Source: a virus
Reading direction: 5' to 3' (one strand)
Length of the DNA stretch: 64,000 bases
Virus record (IMG/VR): IMGVR_UViG_3300028045_001344
Coordinates: 1 to 64,000 of that record
Position 1 is the first letter of the stretch, and every line of letters begins with the position of its first letter. The notes beneath the pieces were generated by a model. It saw only the letters and a list, made by a program, of their open reading frames with translations. It was not told the origin of the DNA and did not search any database. Of the stretch, positions 45,101-54,796 are shown piece by piece. A program made the translations under genes and the position numbers.

Positions 45101-46382
45101 GAAGCGGAGCAGTAAGCCATCGGAAATCGTCTAACGTGGTGGGACCATAGGCACCTTGGGAACTTGGAGCACCAACATTGAATTGACCAGTACCCGTGGC
45201 AGAGGGGGCAGCAATATTTATAATTTGAGCTTGAGTTTTATCAGCGTTCAGAGACGCTTCTGGACCCTCAACGAATGAAGATTGAGGTAATATCAGGTCG
45301 GTCGATTGTATCAACGCAATTTCAATCTCATCTACAACTTCTTGAATCTTGAACCTAGAGCGAAGTGGATCGTTACAATCTAATAACTCCGCGATATATC
45401 CAATCGCACCTTCTTCTTGACCGGGTTTTTTGAATTCCACCTTTTGATTTTTCAAATCACCAAACCACTCGGGAGCACAGGGAAGTGGTAGTTGTGGTTG
45501 TGATCCACTCATGGGCGGTTCGACTGGTGCTTCGGGGTAACGACTCATATATTTTTGCATCACCTCTGATTTCAAGTCTGCGACCAACCGCCAAGGTGCA
45601 TTTTTATCTACCCAAAAACCAAATAGACGAGCAGCACGGGTAAAGAAAACAAAGTTTACATCACCAATATAGTCGTCATATTTTACTTGATCGTCGCCAT
45701 GACTTGCTAACTCCAATTCAATAACAATTCCGGTAGTCGTAATGGGGCAATATTTAGAAGTGATATATCCAGTTCGGGTGAATGGGAAATCGGGCTGCAC
45801 AGTTTTAAGATAAGTCTGAAACAGTTTCATGAAATCTTTAAAATCAGTAAGCTCTCTTTTATTTTTTCCTTGGTCTAGAAAGGTTGCGGCGAAGCCTTCA
45901 TACATAACTGTTATGTGTTCATAGTAGCGATTTTGAACTGAGGTCCATCCTCTTTTGGGTTCCATGGCTAGGAACTTTGTATCTTCAGTAAATATTTTTC
46001 CTTCGTTTGCCGCGATACGCATGTAATTTTGTAAATCCGTAAAGGCATCCACAACAAAATTTAATGCAAAGGTGTCGCCGGTTTCGCTCGGGAGTCTCTT
46101 TAGATATTTTTCGTCTACAAAGACTGGATTATAGTCTGTATCTATTTTTCCATAAAGCCCACGGTTATACCAAATATCAATGGGCGTGGGCACTTCATCG
46201 TCGTTATAGGGATACGCGAGATCTTTATATTCTTTGCGCTCAATAAAGAGTTCTTCAGAAGGCATTGAGTTTGTGGCTACAGGTTTAATTTCTTCGCCGG
46301 GTGCTGGTTTTTGGTTAGCTAAAACCTCGGAAGTCAAATAAGCATCCACTAGAGGTATTTCGTTGTTCTTCTTTTTAGCCAT
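42132..46382 (-). CDS. Large hypothetical protein (probable baseplate/tail-associated)
   Basis: 1416 aa ORF at the end of the tail module. Confidence 0.6.
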   Translation of the reverse strand: MAKKKNNEIPLVDAYLTSEVLANQKPAPGEEIKPVATNSMPSEELFIERKEYKDLAYPYNDDEVPTPIDIWYNRGLYGKIDTDYNPVFVDEKYLKRLPSETGDTFALNFVVDAFTDLQNYMRIAANEGKIFTEDTKFLAMEPKRGWTSVQNRYYEHITVMYEGFAATFLDQGKNKRELTDFKDFMKLFQTYLKTVQPDFPFTRTGYITSKYCPITTTGIVIELELASHGDDQVKYDDYIGDVNFVFFTRAARLFGFWVDKNAPWRLVADLKSEVMQKYMSRYPEAPVEPPMSGSQPQLPLPCAPEWFGDLKNQKVEFKKPGQEEGAIGYIAELLDCNDPLRSRFKIQEVVDEIEIALIQSTDLILPQSSFVEGPEASLNADKTQAQIINIAAPSATGTGQFNVGAPSSQGAYGPTTLDDFRWLTAPLPQTRNGQVLRETVYKYYDVGGFGSTFSRRTGLGAWKPQPIRISAAGSTINTFSSEIKSYTWTVLEDEEHGVETPFYLTPNSPDTISPTNLTGTDVYFIPVRSGRHTIQLQLQDKRGNMRDEVSTLIVNVCTLPWAATANKFAMTPDAAEAFGPAWIYSKLKAEIAEVWREWNENSTQEYTNWLGATRNVHLIVSGTNLPTLARTQVPRDLADETISTGFGPNQLFPFPFKKQKDGLHPGGGGYQSPELDPTIGQPFGRNANRLCTPVLRGGDQLPQTGELEFLRTRLGWDIVGKHKFLTSWIKYITSNEDGSKFDRAPNLVNQPGILERAPSWQELVIRAEIGPDIFGRSPRGGFGWQALPSGQQPCLHQFVYNQWQARTATLGAAAYGTEAGNNRYIFHPPPVFGSCETKIERYQIATPDNSGYPVKNYPFRNGNEYQTYRVPRELSDGSGNLNSLNSYEKGLPDDQMGDLFGGALADLFEIILILSSQLLGGVPIKQLTGNEIPPLSVGTSWISNAPGYFVAYSREPFSGMGVVPFHWFQWQRNSSGTGASDAGTAGVDDSTNLSTVASNYRSDFVIKKVDFSGAYARILNGRQWNDGNMIDGQFTPYERWRREVYRRAGETFPQQPTRYLFVDDPRFREAIIPWESASNGANTSSPSITPREMDEIVRYLISLDPTDTNRYADMLLFVLSVASDGGCAPIEVPSTTTPYNEAESQPSLDTFETLPFDYGSHTAYPDEPPREKDWVLAFGDVEEYSTKREQYTQAINDHPRLLREWELRKSAYDKWVVDYADWLTLPRLSFDNLYLHNPPVLRSPGEYIRSFETDIDLLQIYTLNFYNSYVAKHPFIVTSQFNKCGDGTFQKIETRELLSDVEFMRTYDDLFWLKFYFAIRISESDRILSFSEEDAMIKQIENLYSNSLASSDSNKFTKSLQRIAHETNGVFEDKSGLTVQNKDDKIINKFKNITEQKALTLRDVYDIVLPDGSFQP
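42160..42254 (-). promoter_or_regulatory. Tandem sigma70-like promoters opening the replication operon
   Basis: TTGACG-N17-TAAAAT (42254-42226) and TTGACC-N17-TATTGT (42188-42160), both with extended TG, inside the 3' end of the upstream ORF. Confidence 0.6.
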
Positions 46383-46409
46383 CGTTATAGTGTTTCCGTT
46401 TTATGATTA

Positions 46410-48881
46410 CTAGAATCGCCCAGGGCGTCGTCCAGGGAACTCAGTTGCGGGGGCTTGCTCAGCACGATCCAGAACCGCAGTCGAGTGTTCAGGAGCCGTA
46501 ACTCCATTCCAAATAATTGGAGGTGATGTTGAATTGCCAGGGATTTTTTGTGATCTTTTGATTTGTTCCAACGAGGGAATAGGAACGGTGGATTCCGCAG
46601 TTAAAGTTGTTTCAAATCTCCCATCCTCGATCACGCTCTCAACCTTCGTGACCAAATAATAGCCACCAATACCAATTCTAAAAGAATACGAACCTTCTTT
46701 GGCTGCGTTGCCAAGACCCATAGATGCGGGATCAACAAAGATTAACATACCTGGCTTAAATACTGGATTACCAATCATAGTAATAGAGCATTTATAAACA
46801 TCACTAAACAAGAAATTTCCTTCGGCAGCTTTTTGTGCATTAGCTACTCGGGATTCCCGCGCAAATGGAAGATCCGTTCGTGTAAACGAAAGCTTTTTCA
46901 TAATTCCTTTATCACTGCCACTATAGAGGTGGAAAATACCTTGTGTTTTATCTTTCGCCGCATCACCTTGCAGAGAGCTTCCAACAGCCCCACCAATATA
47001 TAAAAACATATATTGTTGGAGATCTTTTGCACCCTTTGCCTGTGCGGAATTACGAATGGCAACGCTGGTGTCTTTGATTAATTTTCTTCCTACTAGATTT
47101 TGTCCCGCTTTTTTACCCAAGGAAAAATTACCCATACTCAGTCGCGTGTGGGTGGCTTTTCCGATGGAACCGTAGCTTGAGGGGTTTAGAGATGCCACAA
47201 CCAGCTCAGAACATATTCGTCGTATAAATGTTTGAAATGGCATTTTGCTAAGTTCTTTTGAAATTATATTTTTTTGAAACCAAATATTAAAAGTATTAAG
47301 AGAGATCGGAATATCGCTCAATGGAACTGCTTCCAAGGCTCCGGTTGAATCTGTGGGATTGATCATGTCTATGGTGCCCAACATAAAACGAAACTGATTA
47401 TGGTTATCAAATGGAGCGCCGCCTCCGCTTTCTTCTTGTTGTATAATATTGATTGCCGAGTTAATGAGATCTCCCAAAAAGAAAAAGTTAATGCGAGTGG
47501 TGGGCTTTATATTGTTACCTTTTTTGGCGGCTTTTTCTTTGGCGTCGTTGAGGATTCCTTCTATTTTGCCCTCGTCCCCGCCAGCCGATATAATACGACG
47601 ATTCAAACGAGATAAAGTATTATGTGATTCGTTTTCATTTGCGGAAGATAAATCAAAGCCGCCCTCGCTGATAATTTTGCCAATTCGATCTTGGCGATGT
47701 GCTTGAAGCTTGCTGTTTCTTTTTTTTGAATCATCTTTTAGATTCTCAAATTGCTCCTCATTTATCTTCATATAATCCTCCCGCTGCTTCTTGGTGATAT
47801 TGAAGTGTAAAATGCGGCGGTCTTGAGGATCTTCAAGCGAGCGCAAAAGACGACTATAACTTTCTAAACGTGTATCCCTTTGGGTTGCGGCAAGTTTATC
47901 GTTTAGTCTTTTCTCTTTCTGCTCCCTTCTCGTCACAGCACTGTCGAGGTTTGCACCGCCAAAGAAACCTGTTTTTTCTTCGCCACTAGCCTCATCGGAA
48001 TCCACAGCCGATTGCGTTTCGTCTTGAGTAATTCTAATTTCTCTTTTGAGCCTGTCAATCGACCGAAGATAATCGAGGTTTTCGACATATAAAAGATCTG
48101 CGCGAGGAGACATCATCCTTCCCTCAATTGCTGCTATATATTTAATCGTTAAATTGACGGAGCCATCTTCGCCAATATCAATGTCGTGCGTTTGCAGTGT
48201 CAAAAGAAAAGTTACTTGGGAATTCCTCAAGACCGATGGATCTCTAAACACTACCCGCTTCGGGTCGTCGGGAACTGACCACCCCACCACCACTTTTATT
48301 TGAAACATTGAGTCATTGTATTCTCTACGACCATTGACGATGTGTACTCTTCCTCTTGGGGGAGCCAATAGATCAGCAAAAGAAAGCGGGTCTTTATCGA
48401 GCCCTTTGCCTCTTGTTTTGAAAACCCCCTCAAAGCTTTGGAAATGCAGCTTTAGAGTTGCTTCAAAGGAAAAGCCAGTGTCAGCCGGTGTCGTTCCCAT
48501 ATCATCCCACGTAAAACTCTTGAGCCCTACATCGCTACCGCGTTTTCGGGCGCTCTGTGTAATTGATTCTATAGTGGTGCGGTCATCAAATATAAATTCC
48601 CTCTCAAACATCTGTGGGACTTTGGTTTTCTCATCTCCTGTGGATTGAAAAACTTTATAAAGCCTAATCTTTGGGACCATTAGCGGCAACTGTTCAGTGC
48701 GAAGATCTAAAATCTCTTGACCACCACTTGCCAATAACTTATTCATTAAGCCTGTGGGATCTCCTTCAAGCTGAACAAAGTTGGGATAAACTTTGGTCGC
48801 ATTTGCTGCAACAGTCTTGTGAAAGAAATCTAATAAAAAAGCTTGTTCATCAAACTTGGCATCTTCTTTAGGATCGGGCAT
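46410..48881 (-). CDS. Baseplate hub-like protein (gp27/late control D-like)
   Basis: Position in the module; C-terminal ITMIGNPVFKPGMLIFV...GGYYLVTKVES...FETTL typical of hub proteins. Confidence 0.6.
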   Translation of the reverse strand: MPDPKEDAKFDEQAFLLDFFHKTVAANATKVYPNFVQLEGDPTGLMNKLLASGGQEILDLRTEQLPLMVPKIRLYKVFQSTGDEKTKVPQMFEREFIFDDRTTIESITQSARKRGSDVGLKSFTWDDMGTTPADTGFSFEATLKLHFQSFEGVFKTRGKGLDKDPLSFADLLAPPRGRVHIVNGRREYNDSMFQIKVVVGWSVPDDPKRVVFRDPSVLRNSQVTFLLTLQTHDIDIGEDGSVNLTIKYIAAIEGRMMSPRADLLYVENLDYLRSIDRLKREIRITQDETQSAVDSDEASGEEKTGFFGGANLDSAVTRREQKEKRLNDKLAATQRDTRLESYSRLLRSLEDPQDRRILHFNITKKQREDYMKINEEQFENLKDDSKKRNSKLQAHRQDRIGKIISEGGFDLSSANENESHNTLSRLNRRIISAGGDEGKIEGILNDAKEKAAKKGNNIKPTTRINFFFLGDLINSAINIIQQEESGGGAPFDNHNQFRFMLGTIDMINPTDSTGALEAVPLSDIPISLNTFNIWFQKNIISKELSKMPFQTFIRRICSELVVASLNPSSYGSIGKATHTRLSMGNFSLGKKAGQNLVGRKLIKDTSVAIRNSAQAKGAKDLQQYMFLYIGGAVGSSLQGDAAKDKTQGIFHLYSGSDKGIMKKLSFTRTDLPFARESRVANAQKAAEGNFLFSDVYKCSITMIGNPVFKPGMLIFVDPASMGLGNAAKEGSYSFRIGIGGYYLVTKVESVIEDGRFETTLTAESTVPIPSLEQIKRSQKIPGNSTSPPIIWNGVTAPEHSTAVLDRAEQAPATEFPGRRPGRF

Positions 48882-48887
48882 ATCTTT

Positions 48888-49226
48888 TTACACATCCAAT
48901 ATTTGTAACACCTTTTCAAGTGGCAACGGAATAGTAATCACATTCCCAATCTGAGCGTGTGACTCAGTGGGGCGTCTATTATACCATGCAATCACCCACC
49001 ATAAAGAAGGATCTTTATAATATTGATCTGCCAATTTATAAAAACGATCTCCCAGTGACCAAATATGAGAAAAGTTTGTGAGTTGATTTATCTCAGAGGT
49101 AGATGGATACTTTAATTCTCCCGTCATATATTGACTGATGAACTTTACGTTTCTGTTTTTGAATATCTGTCTATACTCGCTACTGCCATTTACTCGAATA
49201 TCTCTGCCGTCGTATCTTGAAGTCAT
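48888..49226 (-). CDS. LysM-like baseplate protein (gp53/tail X-like)
   Basis: GDRFYKLADQYYKDPSLWWVIAWYN...IGNVITIP. Confidence 0.8.
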   Translation of the reverse strand: MTSRYDGRDIRVNGSSEYRQIFKNRNVKFISQYMTGELKYPSTSEINQLTNFSHIWSLGDRFYKLADQYYKDPSLWWVIAWYNRRPTESHAQIGNVITIPLPLEKVLQILDV

Positions 49227-49238
49227 TATATTTTGTTC

Positions 49239-50159
49239 CTATTTTTTTAGAGGGATCTGCACCCCACCTAAAGAATTACGTGCTGCGATCTTTTTATTCA
49301 ACTCCTGTTTTCTTTTGGCGGCTTCGGCTGGATTGTTTAATCCAGGGTAAGCGTTATTGATATTAGCTTGTTGGTCCGGTGTGATCTGTCCCGCAGCGGA
49401 TTGTTGTGGAACTGTGAGGATCTCTGATGCTGCCATCGCAATATCCTCACCGGCATAATCCAAATTCATTTGACGATCAGTAATTGGCATTTCAAAAAAA
49501 CTACTAAAGGGCTCTGAGTCACTTTGGTCGGGGTATTCCTGATATGGAAAGTTAGCGAAGCCTGTTCGGGGGCGCTTCTTTATCCAACCTAATTGGTTTT
49601 GATGTAATACCGTGAAAGTGCAGCTAATGTTTACCACTTTGGCAAAAAGCTTGCCACCCCCAAGAAAAAATCCCACATCAACATTTGGACTATAGGTAAG
49701 TCCATCCACTGTTCCCAGTAAGCCAGCTAATTCTGCCCCTGAAGTTCCATCGACCATAGAATTTGATGCTAGGTTCATAAAATTTAATTTAAAATAAGGA
49801 GCAGCCTGAATTGCGGTTGCGCTTTCGCCTCCATCGTAAGATGGATAGAGCATCTGGATCAAGCCAGTAATACGCTCAAGATTATCGATAGCTTCATCGT
49901 AAGATCCGGCAACTACATCAAATCCAATACTAATTTTTCTTCCGGTTCGTTGGAAAGATTGTATAGGGTCCATTCTGCCATAAGCATTTTCTGAATTCCA
50001 TTCCGAAGAATAGACATCATCAAATTGTGTAAGGAAAGCTTTAAACTTTACAGAATTTCCCGTAGGAACGTGAAAAAAGTCTATTATTTGGTTGCCTTGA
50101 TTTGCGAGATTATCCGTTTGATCAGCTTCTCCTTCAAATGGTTTATTGGGTGCTGCCAT
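49239..50159 (-). CDS. Tail tube initiator/baseplate protein
   Basis: FKAFLTQFDD...W.....GRMDPIQSFQRTGRKIS; follows the tape measure gene. Confidence 0.6.
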   Translation of the reverse strand: MAAPNKPFEGEADQTDNLANQGNQIIDFFHVPTGNSVKFKAFLTQFDDVYSSEWNSENAYGRMDPIQSFQRTGRKISIGFDVVAGSYDEAIDNLERITGLIQMLYPSYDGGESATAIQAAPYFKLNFMNLASNSMVDGTSGAELAGLLGTVDGLTYSPNVDVGFFLGGGKLFAKVVNISCTFTVLHQNQLGWIKKRPRTGFANFPYQEYPDQSDSEPFSSFFEMPITDRQMNLDYAGEDIAMAASEILTVPQQSAAGQITPDQQANINNAYPGLNNPAEAAKRKQELNKKIAARNSLGGVQIPLKK

Positions 50160-50162
50160 CTC

Positions 50163-52727
50163 TTATCCCGTCCTCAAATTTAATTTCTTATCCATTACAT
50201 TAATTACTGCGCGGGCAAATTCTCTATCATTTAATATAAGTTGCACGGTTGTGGGACCAGCCTGTGTTTGGCTTGCTTGACGCGAACCTGCTTGAACGCC
50301 TTGTTTGATATTTTGTGCGGCGGCTTGCGCGGCTCCTGCTGGAAGTGGGGTGCTACTCGGGGCGAAGGTAGATGCTAATCCAGAAGTTGCCACAACTACC
50401 TCAAGGCCGGCTTTGTCCGCCGCATCAATCGCTGATTCCAAGCCCTCCATAGACGCAGTAAACGCCACTGATTTTTTAACACTTATGTCACTCAATGAAC
50501 TACCCAAGCTTGCTAGAGCTTGAAGGTCTTCGGTTTTTATCATAGCAAGAGCAGTTGCTAATGAACCTACACCCGCAGCTATTGAAACAAATCCAGCAGC
50601 AATCGCCGGGAGGACTAAAACGTTTGGTATGAGAAGGGAAAAAAGCGCGACTATTGGGGCAATAAGACTAGCTAGACCAAAAGCGGCAATTGCAATTCCT
50701 GCCCCAATCATAAGAAATGCGGCTCCCATACCCAACAAACCAGGAATAACAACTAATCCGGCAGTCACCATCAACTTAGCCATCAGTAGCATCACCCCCA
50801 TGAAGACTACAATAGCTGCTACAGCCCCCAGGATTTGGAATCCATTCAACCCCGCAAACGCAGCCACAAGTTGCGCGACCCCAAGAGCAGCCAAGCCAAT
50901 ACCTGCGCCAACCATTAATATAGCGAAACCCAATTTCATCAGAGAGTTTCCACCACTTTTTGCTGCGGCAGCAACGCGCCTGATGCCTTGGGCTAAATTC
51001 TTAGCCATGCTTTTGCCAACCTCGGCTATAGGTTTTTTCATAGCGTCAATGGGGTGGCGCATCATTGTTGCTGTACTTATGAATAATGCCCCAATTGCGA
51101 CAAATGCTTTTATTCCCACAACAAGAGCTGCCATCACCGAAATCACAATTCCTAAAACGTGAAACACTGTTTCATTCTCACTCACAAATTCGCTTATCCA
51201 ACTAAGGACTGATGATAATACGTCCACCACCGGACCCACCGATATAGCAAAAGCCATCATTATGTTTTTGAGTTTTTCAGTTACAGCTTGAGACTTCTCA
51301 ATCATCTCATTAAGGTTTTTTTGTTTCTCCATCACTTCTTGTGAATTATTTCCAAACATTTTTCCGGCTGTATCTAGATCGGAAATACCTGCGGCGGCAG
51401 CTATAGCTTTCTTTTCAAATTTATTCAAGCTTTCCCAACTTTTACCTGATTGGGTGACGGCATCTTGCATCATCTTAATTCGTTCATCATCGCTGGCTGT
51501 GAGCAGTTCCACACTATTCAATAACGGACCACCAAGAAGCGCATTAAGTTTTCCGGCTGCTTGAGCAGCACCCTCAAAAGTATCAAATTGCTCTGTAATT
51601 CCCAGAAGGGCTTGCATTTCAATTCCTGTAGACTTTGCTGTGATAGCAAGATTCTTAAATATCCTCTCACCGGCTGCTCCATAGGCAATTAGCTTGGGAG
51701 CCGCAGCAGCAAAATCCGATGCCATCTTTGCGGGTCCAACACCGATCCCACCAGCGAACTCAGCCAATTGTGTTTGTTGCTTCATCGCACCTTCAGCAGA
51801 AAAGCCCATATGTTTTGTAAGAAGCTCTAGGTTCTGTGCTGTCGTTTCTCCACCAATGCCGAGTTTTGTTAGTGCGGCTGTTCCTTGTGCAATCGTTGTG
51901 GCTGATGCTTTGCTTAAGTTACTAAAGCTGGACATATTTGCGTGGAGTGCTCCCATCGCTGCGCCAGCTTCACCAGCACCCACTCCCAAATGAGTCATAC
52001 CGCGACTCGCATCTGAAATAGCTTCATTATAATCACCAGCCGCGCCGGTCGCCGCATTAAAAGAAGTGGCGGCTTGATCATAAGAAAGGGCGGCTGCCAT
52101 GGTTGATTGAAAAACTTTAGCTGCTGTTCCTGCCAACAAGTTCATCGGCGCAAAAGTTTCTTTTATTTGTTTCTTAAACTTTTTCTGTGCCTCAACATTA
52201 TTAGCCAGTCCGTCCAATGTTTCTGACATTTTACCCATAAAGGTTTCTTGATATTTTGAAGCAAGACCTATGGATCTACCAAGGTTGATTGCGAGTCCTG
52301 ATGCTGATTCAAGTTGCGCGTTGTGTTTTCTAGATTCCTCAGTTACTTCTTCTTGCCAATTTTTTAGTGTCTCTATTAAAAGAATCTGTTCTTTAAGTTT
52401 TTCCTCCGCTACATCTCCATCGGCAATCATGGTTGCCAATTTCTCTTGCTGTAATCTTAATGTACTAGCAAGTAATTCCTCTTGGGCTTTTAAGCGTTCA
52501 GATGATTCGCCCGTTACTTTCTCAATTGCTTGAGTGATTTCCAGTTCTTTATATGCAATCTCAAGTCTCTTATCTGAAGATTCAAGTATAAAATCTAAAA
52601 ATTGTTTTTGTTCTCGCAGATTTGCGAGGTGTTCTTTGGAATTTTGTAGGCCTTTTTTCTCCATCTCCAATTGTTCTTTTTGGAGTTTATTGAGTCTTTC
52701 TTGCTCTGCTGGAGTGAGTTTAGCCAT
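50163..52727 (-). CDS. Tape measure protein
   Basis: Long Ala-rich helical protein with a hydrophobic C-terminal region; position after the tube and chaperone genes. Confidence 0.8.
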   Translation of the reverse strand: MAKLTPAEQERLNKLQKEQLEMEKKGLQNSKEHLANLREQKQFLDFILESSDKRLEIAYKELEITQAIEKVTGESSERLKAQEELLASTLRLQQEKLATMIADGDVAEEKLKEQILLIETLKNWQEEVTEESRKHNAQLESASGLAINLGRSIGLASKYQETFMGKMSETLDGLANNVEAQKKFKKQIKETFAPMNLLAGTAAKVFQSTMAAALSYDQAATSFNAATGAAGDYNEAISDASRGMTHLGVGAGEAGAAMGALHANMSSFSNLSKASATTIAQGTAALTKLGIGGETTAQNLELLTKHMGFSAEGAMKQQTQLAEFAGGIGVGPAKMASDFAAAAPKLIAYGAAGERIFKNLAITAKSTGIEMQALLGITEQFDTFEGAAQAAGKLNALLGGPLLNSVELLTASDDERIKMMQDAVTQSGKSWESLNKFEKKAIAAAAGISDLDTAGKMFGNNSQEVMEKQKNLNEMIEKSQAVTEKLKNIMMAFAISVGPVVDVLSSVLSWISEFVSENETVFHVLGIVISVMAALVVGIKAFVAIGALFISTATMMRHPIDAMKKPIAEVGKSMAKNLAQGIRRVAAAAKSGGNSLMKLGFAILMVGAGIGLAALGVAQLVAAFAGLNGFQILGAVAAIVVFMGVMLLMAKLMVTAGLVVIPGLLGMGAAFLMIGAGIAIAAFGLASLIAPIVALFSLLIPNVLVLPAIAAGFVSIAAGVGSLATALAMIKTEDLQALASLGSSLSDISVKKSVAFTASMEGLESAIDAADKAGLEVVVATSGLASTFAPSSTPLPAGAAQAAAQNIKQGVQAGSRQASQTQAGPTTVQLILNDREFARAVINVMDKKLNLRTG

Positions 52728-52750
52728 GGCTTTTAGTCTATTTAATTATC

Positions 52751-53089
52751 TTATTTAAAAGGCCATTTCAAGCCAGTCTTTCTAGTAAATGCGGTAGTGG
52801 CTTGTTTAAGTTTTGACTTGTCTCTATAGGTGCGAGGGTTGTCTAAACCATAAGTGCGAAGCGAATCTATATATCTCTTTTCGCGTCCAATTGCGGTGGT
52901 AAACGAACGAATATCGCTGGGCTTCCCCTTGAGTTGAACTGGCACAGAACTGCCACCAAACATAGCACCCAGTATAGATTCAACTCCAAAACCCAACATC
53001 CTCAACCAACTCTCGTCAAGCTTGTCTCCGTTGGTTAGGTCAATTATAATAGGAGAAATTTCTTCTTCTTTCAAGTCTTCCATGGACAT
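52751..53089 (-). CDS. Hypothetical late protein
   Basis: GAGG RBS; late motif upstream. Confidence 0.65.
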   Translation of the reverse strand: MSMEDLKEEEISPIIIDLTNGDKLDESWLRMLGFGVESILGAMFGGSSVPVQLKGKPSDIRSFTTAIGREKRYIDSLRTYGLDNPRTYRDKSKLKQATTAFTRKTGLKWPFK

Positions 53090-53102
53090 ACTACCTCATA
53101 TA

Positions 53103-53110
53103 TAAATAGT
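53103..53110 (-). promoter_or_regulatory. Late promoter motif ACTATTTA (tape measure operon)
   Basis: Same motif, intergenic. Confidence 0.65.
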
Positions 53111-53152
53111 AGTCCTATGAAATAAAAAGCCGGGTGCGCGGGGCTATAATTG

Positions 53153-53353
53153 CTAGCTCCGGGATTTGGATTTTCTCATTTCGGAGTCCATATGTTCTTT
53201 CTCGTCTTTTAGTTGCTTCGCCAAGCGATTTACAAACCATTCGCGTAATTGAATTGGGAGGCTGTATGCTTCGATAAAACTCCAACCACCGTGATACTTT
53301 AAGATGAAAAACTGTTCATAGGTATACTCAACGTATTCAGGCGTTAGGCCAAA
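53153..53353 (-). CDS. Second tail-assembly-chaperone frame (no own start codon; probable frameshift extension)
   Basis: FGLTPEYVEYTYEQFFILKYHGGWSFIEAYSLPIQLREWFVNRL...RS*; opens at a T7 run, with an upstream in-frame TAA and no ATG/GTG/TTG start. Confidence 0.7.
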   Translation of the reverse strand, partial: FGLTPEYVEYTYEQFFILKYHGGWSFIEAYSLPIQLREWFVNRLAKQLKDEKEHMDSEMRKSKSRS

Positions 53354-54179
53354 AAAAGTTGGCAGAAAAGGGTATGTTTATCTGTGTGTCCGCGTCACAA
53401 CTCTCACACGAATAATCGTGGCTCAAATCAACGTTGGGCGAAGCCTTTTCATAGATTGATTTAAGATGAGTTGCATCGCGGGCAGGCATAAGATCAACGA
53501 ACTTTTCTACCAACCCCCTATCCGTTTCCCCATTGATGGAGACAATAAATAACTTATACTGATCTGTCAGATTTGTTTCTGGAAGATTATGTTTTTTTCT
53601 TTTCTCAGATTGATTGAACATTTTCTTTTCGTCGCCGCCTGTCAGGAGACGACACTCAACCGTAACATTAGTTACAGGCAATTCAATCTTAAAAGTTCCA
53701 CCAATAGAAATACTAGCTTCGTTTTCAAAATCTCCACACTCTACTTCTTCTAAGTTGAATGAATGATCAGAGGCGTTACCACATGCTGGGCATGTTACCT
53801 TTGTTTTATAGTCGGGTCCAAAACCATTTATTCTAGCCGCAATAAGTATTGCGTTTTTGTCACCTGAATATAAGTCATCAACTTTTACATCTTTATCAAC
53901 TATAATATTCTGAAGCATCCGATCAACGGCAACTCCTTTCTTTAATAGTGATTTTGATGTAAGAATATCTGTATCCTTGGCAGTCATATAACGAATCTCA
54001 AGGGACTCCTTACCGTGCAAGGGATGATCTTCAGCGTAAAACCGACCCTTTGTTGGTAAATCAACAAATTCCGTTGGTAATACAAAATCTAAAATTGAAC
54101 TTTTTTCTGTTATGGGTGGCGCTTCTGCGCCGGTTTGATCTTTAGCCCCGAGTCGATCCTCGTTTCTTGGCATATACAC
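53337..54179 (-). CDS. T4 gp26-like baseplate hub assembly/tail chaperone protein
   Basis: VDLPTKGRFY...IRYMTAKDTDIL...CPAC...CESC...FFWP. Confidence 0.75.
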   Translation of the reverse strand: MYMPRNEDRLGAKDQTGAEAPPITEKSSILDFVLPTEFVDLPTKGRFYAEDHPLHGKESLEIRYMTAKDTDILTSKSLLKKGVAVDRMLQNIIVDKDVKVDDLYSGDKNAILIAARINGFGPDYKTKVTCPACGNASDHSFNLEEVECGDFENEASISIGGTFKIELPVTNVTVECRLLTGGDEKKMFNQSEKRKKHNLPETNLTDQYKLFIVSINGETDRGLVEKFVDLMPARDATHLKSIYEKASPNVDLSHDYSCESCDADTQINIPFSANFFWPNA

Positions 54180-54198
54180 CTCTTTGTTATGTTATAAA

Positions 54199-54756
54199 TT
54201 AATTTGCGCCTTGCGCGTTAGATGGGAGCTTACCAGCGCCCTCATAGACATTGATATAAGCATTGTCGTATTTGACGGTAATGTCAACATTTTGCATTTC
54301 CTCGCTACCATAGTCGAGGTCGCCGAACTTGACATCCTTAATCCAAGCATTGTTGAGAACCCAATCTTCAACAACCGTTCCATCGGAATTTAGTTGATGA
54401 ATTGTAATTGTACCAAGGGCATTGACTGATTTAGCCTTAGAGACTGTAGCAAGTACACCATCGTTTACCGGCATTTCATATCCAGATGCTTGAAGCATTT
54501 TCATCACTGCTTGTGCTCCATTCGCCGTAGCAGAAATAACATCCACCACCGTAAAGGAAACCTCGTTCCATTGTACTCGACCGGGATAATAAAACGTATG
54601 ATTCAAATACTTGTGTTCGCTCTCTGTAATTGAAAATGAAGGTTTATTCACTTTTGAGATCAAGAAGGTAGGAATTACATTGTCCTGTCCTGCCACTGTT
54701 AAAAGGAACCTATACGATCTTTTAGGTTCCAGTTCTGGGTTTTGCCAAAATGCCAT
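54199..54756 (-). CDS. Tail tube protein (gp19-like)
   Basis: EPKRSYRF...YYPGRVQWNEVSFT...W.L.NAWI.DVKFGDLDY; follows the sheath gene. Confidence 0.85.
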   Translation of the reverse strand: MAFWQNPELEPKRSYRFLLTVAGQDNVIPTFLISKVNKPSFSITESEHKYLNHTFYYPGRVQWNEVSFTVVDVISATANGAQAVMKMLQASGYEMPVNDGVLATVSKAKSVNALGTITIHQLNSDGTVVEDWVLNNAWIKDVKFGDLDYGSEEMQNVDITVKYDNAYINVYEGAGKLPSNAQGAN

Positions 54757-54775
54757 TTATTATTTTCTCCTATCC

Positions 54776-54783
54776 TAATTAGT
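54776..54783 (-). promoter_or_regulatory. Late promoter variant ACTAATTA (tail tube)
   Basis: One-mismatch copy just upstream of the tube RBS. Confidence 0.5.
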
Positions 54784-54796
54784 ATCTAATCTGGGA

